From Bacteroidota bacterium (GTDB lineage: Bacteria; Bacteroidota; Bacteroidia; Chitinophagales; LD1): DNA of 56,269 bases. Below the pieces are notes generated by a model. It searched no databases, had not been told where the DNA came from, and saw only the letters and a program-made list of their open reading frames with translations. The stretch lies in the NCBI GenBank assembly GCA_040387015.1, contig JAZKEP010000183.1, positions 1 to 56,269 on the forward strand. Direction: 5' to 3'. Position 1 is the first letter of the stretch. Each line of letters begins with the position of its first letter. This document shows positions 1 to 8,041 of this stretch, piece by piece. Both the position numbers and the translations under genes were made by a program.

Positions 1-1344
1 AAAAGATTCAATACTTCGGTTGTTATAGTATCCGTTGTATACTTTCGGGTAAGAGTACAAATCAAGTTTTTGTGTGTACCGCCTCCCAAATTCTTCTCCT
101 GTCAACTCTCCGCTTGCACTCACGTTAGCAATTGTATAGACGTGTTCAGTTAAACGTTCTTGAGTTATATTTTGCCTTGCAAGCAATGTCCAGCACAGGG
201 CTCCGTTAACGGGTTGTGATATATTTAAAGCTTCGGCATTCTCCAGCCGTTCACTCATCAACGGATGCGATGCCCACTGGTCTTCTATTTTTACCCTAGG
301 TCTATAACGGTCCTTGTTTTCGCCTTCGGTTTTTATCTCAATAGTACCCTCTGTGAACTTTACATCATTCAATACCGCCAATTCTTTTATAACATACTGC
401 TGACAATTAAAAAGGTTTTTGCTTTTCAGGTTTTCGTCAGAAACAGAAGTTAGGGCATCCAGAGTTTCATTCATGGCTACATCCGTCCACTCAACTTTCA
501 GCATAGCTTTTTTAAAGGCCTCACTGCCGAATATCCCTACCGCAATAGAATCGGCATGAAACTCCATTTGTCGGCTGAGGGACATATACCGGACATTTAT
601 AAACTCATAAACCTTCTGCATTACCCCTTTTACAAATTGTGCATAATAGAGAGATAAGGAGGAGAAAATTTTGAAGGCCCAGTATTGATTGCCAATATTG
701 TTAACATTAGTTTCCCACGCCTCATTCTGGTAAAGCATATTATAAATAACTCGGTTAGCGTGATAAATATAAGGCCCAAACTTCATTGATCTTTGACTAA
801 AATGCCCGAACTCATGGGCAATAATTGAGCTTAGCTCAGACACATTCAACGTATTAAACAATCCTAATCCTATTTCAAGATTCTTTTTAACCGGAAAAAG
901 CAAAGTCCAAAAAGAAAAGGAGTTGTAAAAAACTGAAGCATTCACCCGGTGCGATAAATAGACCTTTCCTGGAGATTCAGTGTCTACCTGACGCGCAATG
1001 TCTTCTATCAGGTTAAAAAGTTCGGGTTCTTCATCTCGTGAAATTTCAATCCTATATAGATCGGTAACATCATTTTTTACAAATAAGAATTTAATCATGA
1101 AGTAAACGATAAACAACCCAAAAAGTGCCAAACTAATACCCACTGCAATAGTGATAAGGTGAGGGTAACCCATTGCTAATACGATGCCTGCCAAGGCTGC
1201 AAAAATTGCCACAGCGATAGTGAACAAGAACAAAAGGAGATATAGAAAAATAAACCCGCTTATTGACAATGCAACTTTCCGTATCTCTCTTTTATATAAA
1301 TCCTCATCGAAAAAAATTCTGCTTTCCATAGGCGATTTACTCAT
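1..1344 (-). CDS. M48 family (HtpX/Ste24-like) zinc metallopeptidase, partial (C-terminus beyond left edge)
   Basis: Missing from the ORF track because it runs off the window. Hand translation of the minus strand from the ATG at 1342-1344 stays open to base 1 (448 codons). It reads MSKSPMESRIFF..., then two hydrophobic helices, a HEFGH zinc motif (802-816) and a downstream WASHPLMSERL motif typical of M48 peptidases. Confidence 0.85.
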   Translation of the reverse strand, partial: MSKSPMESRIFFDEDLYKREIRKVALSISGFIFLYLLLFLFTIAVAIFAALAGIVLAMGYPHLITIAVGISLALFGLFIVYFMIKFLFVKNDVTDLYRIEISRDEEPELFNLIEDIARQVDTESPGKVYLSHRVNASVFYNSFSFWTLLFPVKKNLEIGLGLFNTLNVSELSSIIAHEFGHFSQRSMKFGPYIYHANRVIYNMLYQNEAWETNVNNIGNQYWAFKIFSSLSLYYAQFVKGVMQKVYEFINVRYMSLSRQMEFHADSIAVGIFGSEAFKKAMLKVEWTDVAMNETLDALTSVSDENLKSKNLFNCQQYVIKELAVLNDVKFTEGTIEIKTEGENKDRYRPRVKIEDQWASHPLMSERLENAEALNISQPVNGALCWTLLARQNITQERLTEHVYTIANVSASGELTGEEFGRRYTQKLDLYSYPKVYNGYYNNRSIESF

Positions 1345-1348
1345 ACCT

Positions 1349-1356
1349 CAAATATA
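1349..1356 (-). promoter_or_regulatory. Bacteroidota -7 box candidate (TATATTTG on minus strand) for the M48 gene
   Basis: Plus strand CAAATATA is the reverse complement of TAnnTTTG. It ends 4 nt before the ATG at 1344, which implies a leaderless or near-leaderless transcript. Confidence 0.35.
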
Positions 1357-1705
1357 TTATTTTGAATAATAATTAATTCTCATAATCAATTCCAAATTGT
1401 CGTTCGAACAAGCCCTAACCGTTCACTAAATTATCTCCTTGTTTTTCCATTTCTTATTCCACTTTCCAACCCTACATTTAATCTATACAAAACATTTCTT
1501 CAAAAGATGGGCTGCATAAGTGTCCTGCCAGGTTAAAGCCCAAAACCTTCCGTATATTTTCTTATCAATTCGAATATTTAAGAATTGGATCAAAATCGGG
1601 CAATGAAAATTTACCGGAAAGAACCTTAATATGTTTTCAAAGTCCATCGATTTTTCACAATATCAAATAAGTTTTCCTTTCTTCATCATTAAAATAAAAT
1701 AGCAC

Positions 1706-3151
1706 ATGAGAAGATTTTGTCCTGCCCTGTTATTTGCTCTGTTTCTCCATTATACTTCCTCTGCCCAATTAGTTTCATACCATCTTCAGCAAAGTTTTAC
1801 AGTGTTTTCCTTAGATAGCTTTCTTAGTCTGTCCGGCTTTTCGCTTCCCATTGCACCTCAATATGACATTGATGTTTACCAGGTAATTTACAAAACACCC
1901 TATAAGCACATTGATTCCTTAGTGAATGCTTCGGGTATTGTGGTGGTGCCTAAAAATGTGGCATGTCCGGTGGCTTTAGGTTGTTATGCACACGGCTCTT
2001 TCGCCAAACGTTTGGAGGTGCCATCGTACGAGGGCCCCGAAAGACCTATCGGACTTTTCTTCGCAGGTATCGGTGGCGTACTGGCTGCAATGCCCGATGA
2101 ACTGGGCCTGGGCGACAGCGATAGCAGCATTCTTTTTCATCCTTACATCAATGCTTTTCACTCCGGCTATGCCTCGGTTAATATGATGCGCGCTGCCCGT
2201 CAGTTGGCCGATACCCTGGCCCTGCAATTAAGCGGTGAGGTGTTGCTTACCGGCTATTCGCAGGGGGGCTATACCACTATGGCTACCAACAAGCTGATTC
2301 AGGAAAATTTTTCTGCTGAGTTTAATATTGTAGCCAGCGCGCCTATGTCGGGTCCTTATGATTTAAAGAAAACCATGGTGGATGTCATGCTTTCCACCAA
2401 CCGCTTTTCCGTGCCAAGCTATTTGCCTTTTCTTTTACTCGGCTACCACTCCGTGTATCCTTCTTTGCAGCAGGTATATCCCACCCCTTCGTCCATTTTC
2501 AAAAGCCCGTACGACAGTATTCTTCCTCCTTTGTTTTCCAGCAAGCTTTATTCTCTCAGCTACATTAACCAGTTCTGCGACAGCGTTCCGCGAAACATGA
2601 TTAAAGATTCCGTTATTAACGATTTTGCCAACGACACGCTTCATATCTTTCGCCAGGTATTGGCAGAGAATGATTTGCTCGGCTGGGCACCACAAAACCC
2701 GGTAAAGATTCACTATTGCACCAACGATGAAGAGGTGAACTATCTGAATGCCGTTCGTGCCGATACTGCCTGGAGAGCCAACGGTGCACCCGATATACAG
2801 ACAGTAAATTCCGGTTTCTATACCCACGCGCAGTGTGTGGAACCCTCCATTACTTCGGCTGCTTTATATCTTCTTGGTAAAATAACGGCCTGCCCCAATG
2901 GCATACAGGAGCAGGAGTTTATTGCTTTCCGTCTATTTCCTAACCCCGCTTCTAGCCAGCTGAAAATTGTAAAACAGGAAGGCGAATTTGACTTATCGGT
3001 TCTGGATATGAACGGCCGCGTGGTTTACCGCAAAGCCCTGCTGTATGATACCGAAACCCTCGACCTCAGCAATTTTAATGCGGGCTTTTATACCGTTCAG
3101 TTAAGCGACAAGGCAGGGCATACCGCTCATAAAAAACTGGTCGTTAAGTAA
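1706..3151 (+). CDS. secreted alpha/beta-hydrolase (lipase/esterase-like) with T9SS C-terminal sorting domain
   Basis: 481-aa ORF with a signal peptide (MRRFCPALLFALFLHYTSSAQ) and a GYSQGG nucleophile elbow (GxSxG). The C-terminal ~75 aa (FPNPASSQLKIV...KKLVVK) resemble the type-A T9SS CTD. Confidence 0.8.
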   Translation: MRRFCPALLFALFLHYTSSAQLVSYHLQQSFTVFSLDSFLSLSGFSLPIAPQYDIDVYQVIYKTPYKHIDSLVNASGIVVVPKNVACPVALGCYAHGSFAKRLEVPSYEGPERPIGLFFAGIGGVLAAMPDELGLGDSDSSILFHPYINAFHSGYASVNMMRAARQLADTLALQLSGEVLLTGYSQGGYTTMATNKLIQENFSAEFNIVASAPMSGPYDLKKTMVDVMLSTNRFSVPSYLPFLLLGYHSVYPSLQQVYPTPSSIFKSPYDSILPPLFSSKLYSLSYINQFCDSVPRNMIKDSVINDFANDTLHIFRQVLAENDLLGWAPQNPVKIHYCTNDEEVNYLNAVRADTAWRANGAPDIQTVNSGFYTHAQCVEPSITSAALYLLGKITACPNGIQEQEFIAFRLFPNPASSQLKIVKQEGEFDLSVLDMNGRVVYRKALLYDTETLDLSNFNAGFYTVQLSDKAGHTAHKKLVVK

Positions 3152-3186
3152 AAATTATTCTTCACTAAATTTAAATAAACAACAAC

Positions 3187-3483
3187 ATGGCATTTGCATC
3201 TATTCTTGAAGGCTTAACCGCCAGCGCTGCTAAAGCAGGCGCACTTGGAAAAACTTTGAAATTTGATTTTGGCGACAACAAAATTTTTGTGGACGGCACC
3301 GGTGCCGGCAACGTAGTTACTACCGAAGATAAAGAAGCTGACTGCACCGTGACCGTTTCGGAAGAAGACTTTATTGCCCTATCCAATGGCACCTTGAACG
3401 GCATGACCGCCTTTATGAGCGGTAAAGTAAAAGTGAAAGGCGAAATGGGCGTAGCCATGAAAATGCAATCACTGTTCAAGTAA
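3187..3483 (+). CDS. SCP2 (sterol carrier protein 2-like) lipid-binding domain protein
   Basis: 98-aa ORF ending in LNGMTAFMSGKVKVKGEMGVAMKMQSLFK, the SCP2 signature. In my hand alignment, 57 of 80 positions are identical to the C-terminal domain of the ACAD at 11504-13036. Confidence 0.85.
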   Translation: MAFASILEGLTASAAKAGALGKTLKFDFGDNKIFVDGTGAGNVVTTEDKEADCTVTVSEEDFIALSNGTLNGMTAFMSGKVKVKGEMGVAMKMQSLFK

Positions 3484-3556
3484 GCTCCCTCGTAGAAATT
3501 ACGCATGCGCTGTTTGAGCTAGGAGGTCAATACAGACAAAACATGTAAAAACAAAA

Positions 3557-3573
3557 GTTCACAAAATGTGAAC
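3557..3573. promoter_or_regulatory. perfect 7-3-7 palindrome GTTCACA-AAA-TGTGAAC, candidate HigA operator
   Basis: Read directly from the sequence. It lies 28 nt upstream of the higB ATG. Type II antitoxins usually autoregulate through palindromes in their own promoter. Confidence 0.4.
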
Positions 3574-3600
3574 TAATCTAAAGTCAATCCGTATATTCGT

Positions 3601-3933
3601 ATGCGCGTTCACCTTATAAAAAGGCAAACCATTGAAGATTTTGTGAAGGAGAATGCTGCAGCCCGCTTGCCGTTTGGCCAGTGGCTCAGCAAAGTGAAGT
3701 TTGCTGATTGGGAAACCGCAGCCGATATAAAGAAAACCTTTGGCTCGGCTGATTTGTTGGGGAAAGGAAGTGAGCGTGTGGTGTTTGATATAGGCGGCAA
3801 CAATTACCGCATGATAGGCAAATATGTGTTTGGCGAAAAGCAGGTGCATTTGTTCGTGTGCTGGATTGGAACACATGCCGCTTATGACAAACTTTGTAAA
3901 GACAACAAGCAGCACAACGTAAATATTTATTGA
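3601..3933 (+). CDS. higB: type II toxin HigB (RelE-superfamily mRNA interferase)
   Basis: 110-aa ORF. MRVHLIKRQTIEDF...ADWETAADIKKTFGSADLLGKGSERVVFDIGGNNYRMI...WIGTHAAYDKL matches the HigB_toxin family pattern. The toxin-first order with a 1-nt gap to an HTH protein is typical of higBA. Confidence 0.8.
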   Translation: MRVHLIKRQTIEDFVKENAAARLPFGQWLSKVKFADWETAADIKKTFGSADLLGKGSERVVFDIGGNNYRMIGKYVFGEKQVHLFVCWIGTHAAYDKLCKDNKQHNVNIY

Positions 3934-3934
3934 T

Positions 3935-4360
3935 ATGGAAACCTTGAAATATAAAGTGATAAAAAGCAAAAGCCAATACAAGGCTTACTGCAACGAACTG
4001 GAAACGCTGTTGCATAGCAGAGCCAAAAGCAAAGCAGCGAAAGACGAAGTTGATTTGCTGACCCTGCTGATTGAAACATGGGATGAAGCGCATAACGGTT
4101 TTGCTACGCACGATCCGGTTTCGCTTTTAAAAACCTTGATGGAAGAGCGAGGAATAAAAGCAGTGGCCTTAGCCGATAAACTGAAAGTGAGCAAGGGACT
4201 TGTTTCCGATATACTTAATTATAAGAAAGGAATGAGCAAGGAAATAATTCGCGGATTATCCAACTTGTTTGCTGTTGCGCATGAAGCATTTAACCGCCAT
4301 TATGAATTAGATTTACCTAAGCCTAAACCTATAAGAAAAAGAAATTTTGTTTATGCATAG
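3935..4360 (+). CDS. higA: type II antitoxin HigA (XRE-type HTH)
   Basis: 141-aa ORF starting 1 nt after the higB stop. The C-terminal half carries an HTH-like segment (GIKAVALADKLKVSKGLVSDILNYKKGMS). Confidence 0.8.
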   Translation: METLKYKVIKSKSQYKAYCNELETLLHSRAKSKAAKDEVDLLTLLIETWDEAHNGFATHDPVSLLKTLMEERGIKAVALADKLKVSKGLVSDILNYKKGMSKEIIRGLSNLFAVAHEAFNRHYELDLPKPKPIRKRNFVYA

Positions 4361-4387
4361 TAAGTGGCAAGATTATAAAAATGACTT

Positions 4388-4915
4388 ATGAAGCATAGGC
4401 TCTACTCGGTTAGTGAAAGAACACCAAACAGATTAGTGCTTAATCGGAAGAGTAGCAGGTTCCTCTTAGGATTTATTGTCGGAACTGCTATTCTGCTTAT
4501 TTGGCTGAGCAGCTTACTCCAAATTACTGACTTCCCACCTTCCAATGACATTCCCAAGCGCATTAATGAGTTGATAGATCAACCGTTCCAATGGATTTTT
4601 GTTCTGGCCATTTTCTGGATAATATATGCAGTTTTATCCAACCTTTATTATTGGTTAACGGGCGACCAAATACTTGTAGACAAAGCAGAAGGTCTTATCC
4701 TGAAAAAACATGGCAACACGGTCCGCATTTCCGAATTAAAAAACTTACAAATACGGAAATATACAGATAGCGATAATGCGGTGGATTATCGCTTAGCTTT
4801 GATTAAAGATAATGGCGAAAAGATTTTTGTAGACCGCGCTTCTGATAGAGGCGGTGTTATTGAATTAGCAGAGGAAATAGGTGATTTTATTAATAAACCT
4901 ATTGTATTTAAATGA
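4388..4915 (+). CDS. hypothetical membrane protein (2 predicted TM helices plus soluble C-terminal domain)
   Basis: 175-aa ORF with hydrophobic stretches FLLGFIVGTAILLIWLSSLL and WIFVLAIFWIIYAVLSNLYYW. I recognised no family motif. Confidence 0.55.
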   Translation: MKHRLYSVSERTPNRLVLNRKSSRFLLGFIVGTAILLIWLSSLLQITDFPPSNDIPKRINELIDQPFQWIFVLAIFWIIYAVLSNLYYWLTGDQILVDKAEGLILKKHGNTVRISELKNLQIRKYTDSDNAVDYRLALIKDNGEKIFVDRASDRGGVIELAEEIGDFINKPIVFK

Positions 4916-5038
4916 TTTTCACCCTGCCATTTGCGAAATGAAATAAAAAAACAAGCCGCTCAGGTATTGCGCGCAATTACAAACAATCGCTCCTGCCACT
5001 AAGTTTCTGTCTTCATAAACAAAACCAACTTTCTACAT

Positions 5039-5088
5039 CCCTCCCTCCCAAATCCCAACCCACTCAAAACCTCCCCTCCCACTCACCC
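5039..5088 (-). other. G-tract-rich (G-quadruplex-capable) segment straddling the stop codon and 3-prime UTR of the 5083-6000 gene
   Basis: The minus strand reads CGAGGGTGAGTGGGAGGGGAGGTTTTGAGTGGGTTGGGATTTGGGAGGGAGGG. GGGTTGGGATTTGGGAGGGAGGG (5039-5061) alone satisfies the G3N1-7 x4 rule. Confidence 0.4.
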
Positions 5089-6000
5089 TCGCTTCATCCT
5101 CACCATCCTCCGCACCACCTTCCCTGCAGCTATGTGCACCCCCGTTTCAATTTTTGTAACATAGCCATTGGCCTCCCACTTAAAATCAAAAGTCCCTACT
5201 GCCATCGGGTTAATAGTAAGCCTGCCGCCTCCTTCACTAACTGCTGTTCGCACTATCTTCTGCGTTTCAGTTTCCAGCACCGTCAACCGCACTGCATCAA
5301 TCGGCACCTTATTTTCATCAACAGCAGTGGCCTTCAACTTCGTATGCACCACACCCAAATCAATTATCTCCCGCGCCATTAAATAACCGTTATAAAAAGG
5401 AGGGTTCGTATACATAACTATCGCTGCCATCCGGTCAAGCTGTTTAGCCAGCAACTGGTCCAGTATAAAGCGAACCGTCTCTGCAATTTTGCGCTTTGCC
5501 TTTCCGCGCTGTATAATAGCAAGCCTTGGGTTCTGCGCCTTTGCGCGGTAAGTATCAATCGCTGTTTGCAAAGCGGTAAGGTCGGTGAGCGTAATACCGT
5601 AGCCTGCCAGCGCCCCCACATTAGCCGATGCAGCATCTTTAATAGCCTGGCAATGTCCTGTCGCTTTTTCCTTGCCCATCTTAGCCAACTTATTAGCCGT
5701 AAAATTTACCCGCGCGGCCAGGTCATGGTTGCCAATCGTGTTAGCATGGGCAAAGGTGGCCGAGGCAAGGCTCACCGCCTGCTCCGTCATGCTTTTCCGC
5801 AGCCATCTAACATCCCGGGTTATGCCGGTGCTCGGTGCCGAGGCAATTTCGTGCTCCGCCTCCACCTCCTTCTTCTTCAACTTCACCTGGTTCAAAACCC
5901 CCGCAAAGGCACTTATCCCCGCCCATGCGCTGCTGTTATCTTCGCAGAAATTCACGGTGCTCCCAATCATGTAAAGTCTGTTCGTGTTTCGCTTCTTCAT
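5083..6000 (-). CDS. hypothetical protein (helical N-terminal part, beta-rich C-terminal ~80 aa)
   Basis: The ORF runs 5083-6042. I prefer the internal start MKKRNTNRLYMIG at 6000. No catalytic motif recognised. The C-terminal segment KLKATAVDENKVPIDAVRLTVLETETQKIV...GTFDFKWEANGYV resembles a carboxypeptidase-regulatory-like beta sandwich (weak). Confidence 0.55.
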   Translation of the reverse strand: MKKRNTNRLYMIGSTVNFCEDNSSAWAGISAFAGVLNQVKLKKKEVEAEHEIASAPSTGITRDVRWLRKSMTEQAVSLASATFAHANTIGNHDLAARVNFTANKLAKMGKEKATGHCQAIKDAASANVGALAGYGITLTDLTALQTAIDTYRAKAQNPRLAIIQRGKAKRKIAETVRFILDQLLAKQLDRMAAIVMYTNPPFYNGYLMAREIIDLGVVHTKLKATAVDENKVPIDAVRLTVLETETQKIVRTAVSEGGGRLTINPMAVGTFDFKWEANGYVTKIETGVHIAAGKVVRRMVRMKRG

Positions 6001-6143
6001 GGTATAAATTTTAAGAATGCTGATTGGTGGAAGAACCCTCACATCCTGTTAGGCTGAACGGATTCAAAGCCTTTTGTGCCTATATCCACCAAAAACCACC
6101 ACAAAACAGGCTAAAAGCAGGAAGAATATCAAATAATTAGAAC

Positions 6144-6400
6144 TAATTTCTCCGAACACGACCGTGACGACAACGAATTTTAGTATTACAGCAACGATTA
6201 TATACTTTACGCAACCGAATAACCATATTACATCACCGATTAAATACTAAGCATCATAGAGTAGAATACTTACATCATCGATTAGAGTTATTACATCTTC
6301 GATTATTACTATTACGTTGTAGAACAGAATCATTACATCACCGAACAGTTCTATTACGTGCCCGAATGCAATACTTACGTTAAAGAGTAGAAACATTACA
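6144..6400. repeat. tandem array, exact 21-bp period, about 12 degenerate units with a 63-bp super-period
   Basis: TTAC occurs at 6186, 6207, 6228, 6270, 6291, 6312, 6333, 6354, 6375 and 6396, with TGAC at 6165. CGA or AGA lies 9 nt after each. Every third unit (about 6249, 6312, 6375) is a variant. Confidence 0.85.
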
Positions 6401-6456
6401 GCCTCCTGCAAAGAAGGACTTTCATTCAGGGCAGCATCGAATTAAGAAAGGAGTTC

Positions 6457-7815
6457 TTACACAAAGGCACTATGGCCTGTTATCGCCCTGCCCACAATCA
6501 GCGAGTTAATTTCCTTAGTGCCTTCGTAGCTATAAATAGCTTCGGCATCGGCAACAAAACGGGCCACATCATATTGTAGCAGGATGCCGTTGCCACCCAT
6601 CACTTCGCGGGCGCGGCTTACAATATCGCGGGTGCGCAGGCTGCAAAATACTTTCGCCAGCGAAGCATGTTCATCCGTCAGCTCCTTGGCATCCTGCAAC
6701 TGCGATAGTCGGTAAACCATCGTCTGCATGGCGGTAAGGTTGCTCAGCATTTCCACCAAATGATTTTGAATAAGCTGGTAAGAAGCAATGGCTTTGCCGA
6801 ACTGTTTTCGCTTAAGCGTGTATTTAATGGCATGTTCGTAAGCGCCCCGCGCACAGCCCACCGCCTGCCAGGCCACACCCGCCCGCGTCATGCGCAGCAC
6901 TTTGGCCGTATCTTTAAAACCGTTGGCCAGTTGCAGCCGGTCGCTTTCGTTTACCATACAGTTGTTCATCATTATCAAACCGTTCTGCACAATGCGCAGC
7001 GCCATTTTATCTTCCATCTTTTCTACATACAAACCGGGAGTGCCCTTGCGCACCAAAAACCCTTTCACCTGGTTATCATCCTCATCGCGCGCCCAAATAA
7101 CAATCACATCGGCAAAGGTGGCGTTGCCAATCCACTTCTTCTGCCCGGTAATACTCCACTGGTCGCCTGTTCTTTTGCAGGTAGTGGTCAATCCGCCCGC
7201 CACACCCGAGCCAACCTCCGGTTCGGTAAGGCCGAAGGCGCCCATCAGTTTCATTTGCTGCATGCCCGGTAACCATTCGTTTTTCTGTTCCTCGCTGCCG
7301 CATAAATAAATACTGCCCATCGCCAGCCCGCTCTGCACTCCAAAAAAGGTCGACATAGAAACATCCACCCGCGCCATTTCCATGGCCAATATTCCTTCCA
7401 TCACATTGCTCATACCCATGCAGCCATAGCCATTGTACGTAAGCCCGCAAATGTTCAGTGCCGCAAATTTCTCCACCAACTGAAAAGGGAACTCCGCCCG
7501 CAGCCAATAATCATTCACAATAGGCTGCACCTCGGTTTCCATAAAATCGCGCACCTTCAATTGCAGCGCCCGCTCTTCGGTATTCAGGGTATGGCTCAGG
7601 TCATAAAAATCACCGTCCACGGGTGGCGACTCTACAGGCTTGTTGCTGTGTTTCAGCATCTTCATCAGGCCCGTCAACTGCCGGTCGTCCATATTGCCTA
7701 CGGCTGTCATCACTTCCCCCAAATCTACTTTCGAGGCCAGTTTTGCAAACGCGTCCATATCTACCTGCTGAAAAAGATGATACGCATCGCGTATCTTTTT
7801 GAATATTGTAGCCAT
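6457..7815 (-). CDS. acyl-CoA dehydrogenase, glutaryl-CoA dehydrogenase-like
   Basis: 452-aa ORF with typical ACAD segments: FGLTEPEVGSGVAGGLTT, KKWIGNATFADVIVIWAR, FGKAIASYQLIQNHLVEM and a C-terminal YSYEGTKEINSLIVGRAITG. There is an N-terminal extension of about 60 aa. Confidence 0.85.
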   Translation of the reverse strand: MATIFKKIRDAYHLFQQVDMDAFAKLASKVDLGEVMTAVGNMDDRQLTGLMKMLKHSNKPVESPPVDGDFYDLSHTLNTEERALQLKVRDFMETEVQPIVNDYWLRAEFPFQLVEKFAALNICGLTYNGYGCMGMSNVMEGILAMEMARVDVSMSTFFGVQSGLAMGSIYLCGSEEQKNEWLPGMQQMKLMGAFGLTEPEVGSGVAGGLTTTCKRTGDQWSITGQKKWIGNATFADVIVIWARDEDDNQVKGFLVRKGTPGLYVEKMEDKMALRIVQNGLIMMNNCMVNESDRLQLANGFKDTAKVLRMTRAGVAWQAVGCARGAYEHAIKYTLKRKQFGKAIASYQLIQNHLVEMLSNLTAMQTMVYRLSQLQDAKELTDEHASLAKVFCSLRTRDIVSRAREVMGGNGILLQYDVARFVADAEAIYSYEGTKEINSLIVGRAITGHSAFV

Positions 7816-7894
7816 GCGGTTTTTTTTAAATTTCTGCTTAAATCAAGCCAAATTGTAGAGAAAAGCCACATAAGTGCCCTGGTAGATGCGTTTT

Positions 7895-7938
7895 GTCATC
7901 CTGAACGAAGGCTTTGCGAAGTGAAGGATCTTGTACTG
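7895..7938. repeat. solo copy of a ~44-nt REP-like element (GTCATCCTGAACGAAGGCTTTGCGAAGTGAAGGATCTTGTACTG)
   Basis: Hand alignment gives 36 of 44 positions identical to 30296-30339. It gives 30 of 43 identical to the reverse complement of 30351-30393. Confidence 0.55.
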
Positions 7939-8041
7939 TCTTTCGAAGGCTATGGGGAATCCACCCCATATTCTTTCAAAAAACAAAGAAATGAGCAAAT
8001 TGGCAGGATTCATGTTTTGTTTAACTTTATAGCATCGTATC

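Noticed and set aside
3559-4194. Minus-strand ORFs (3559-3981, 3609-3803, 3686-4111, 3985-4194) antisense to higBA
   Set aside because: They overlap two well-supported plus-strand genes and have no motifs.
6168-6383. Stop-free plus-strand frame through the first 21-bp array (would read LHHRLxx-type heptads)
   Set aside because: There is no ATG, GTG or TTG in that frame until 6366, and it is not in the ORF track. The same periodicity artefact applies as for the second array.
6144-6400. The possibility that the 21-bp arrays (also 19751-19981) are CRISPR arrays
   Set aside because: The units are contiguous and degenerate, with no repeat-spacer alternation. At 21 nt they are shorter than CRISPR repeats, and no cas genes are in the window.
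5134-7507. Numerous ORFs antisense to or out of frame with the 5083-6000 gene and the ACAD gene (for example 5566-6057, 6760-7272, 6890-7309, 7082-7507)
   Set aside because: They are embedded in relatively GC-rich coding sequence whose true frame has strong family motifs. This is typical shadow-ORF behaviour.
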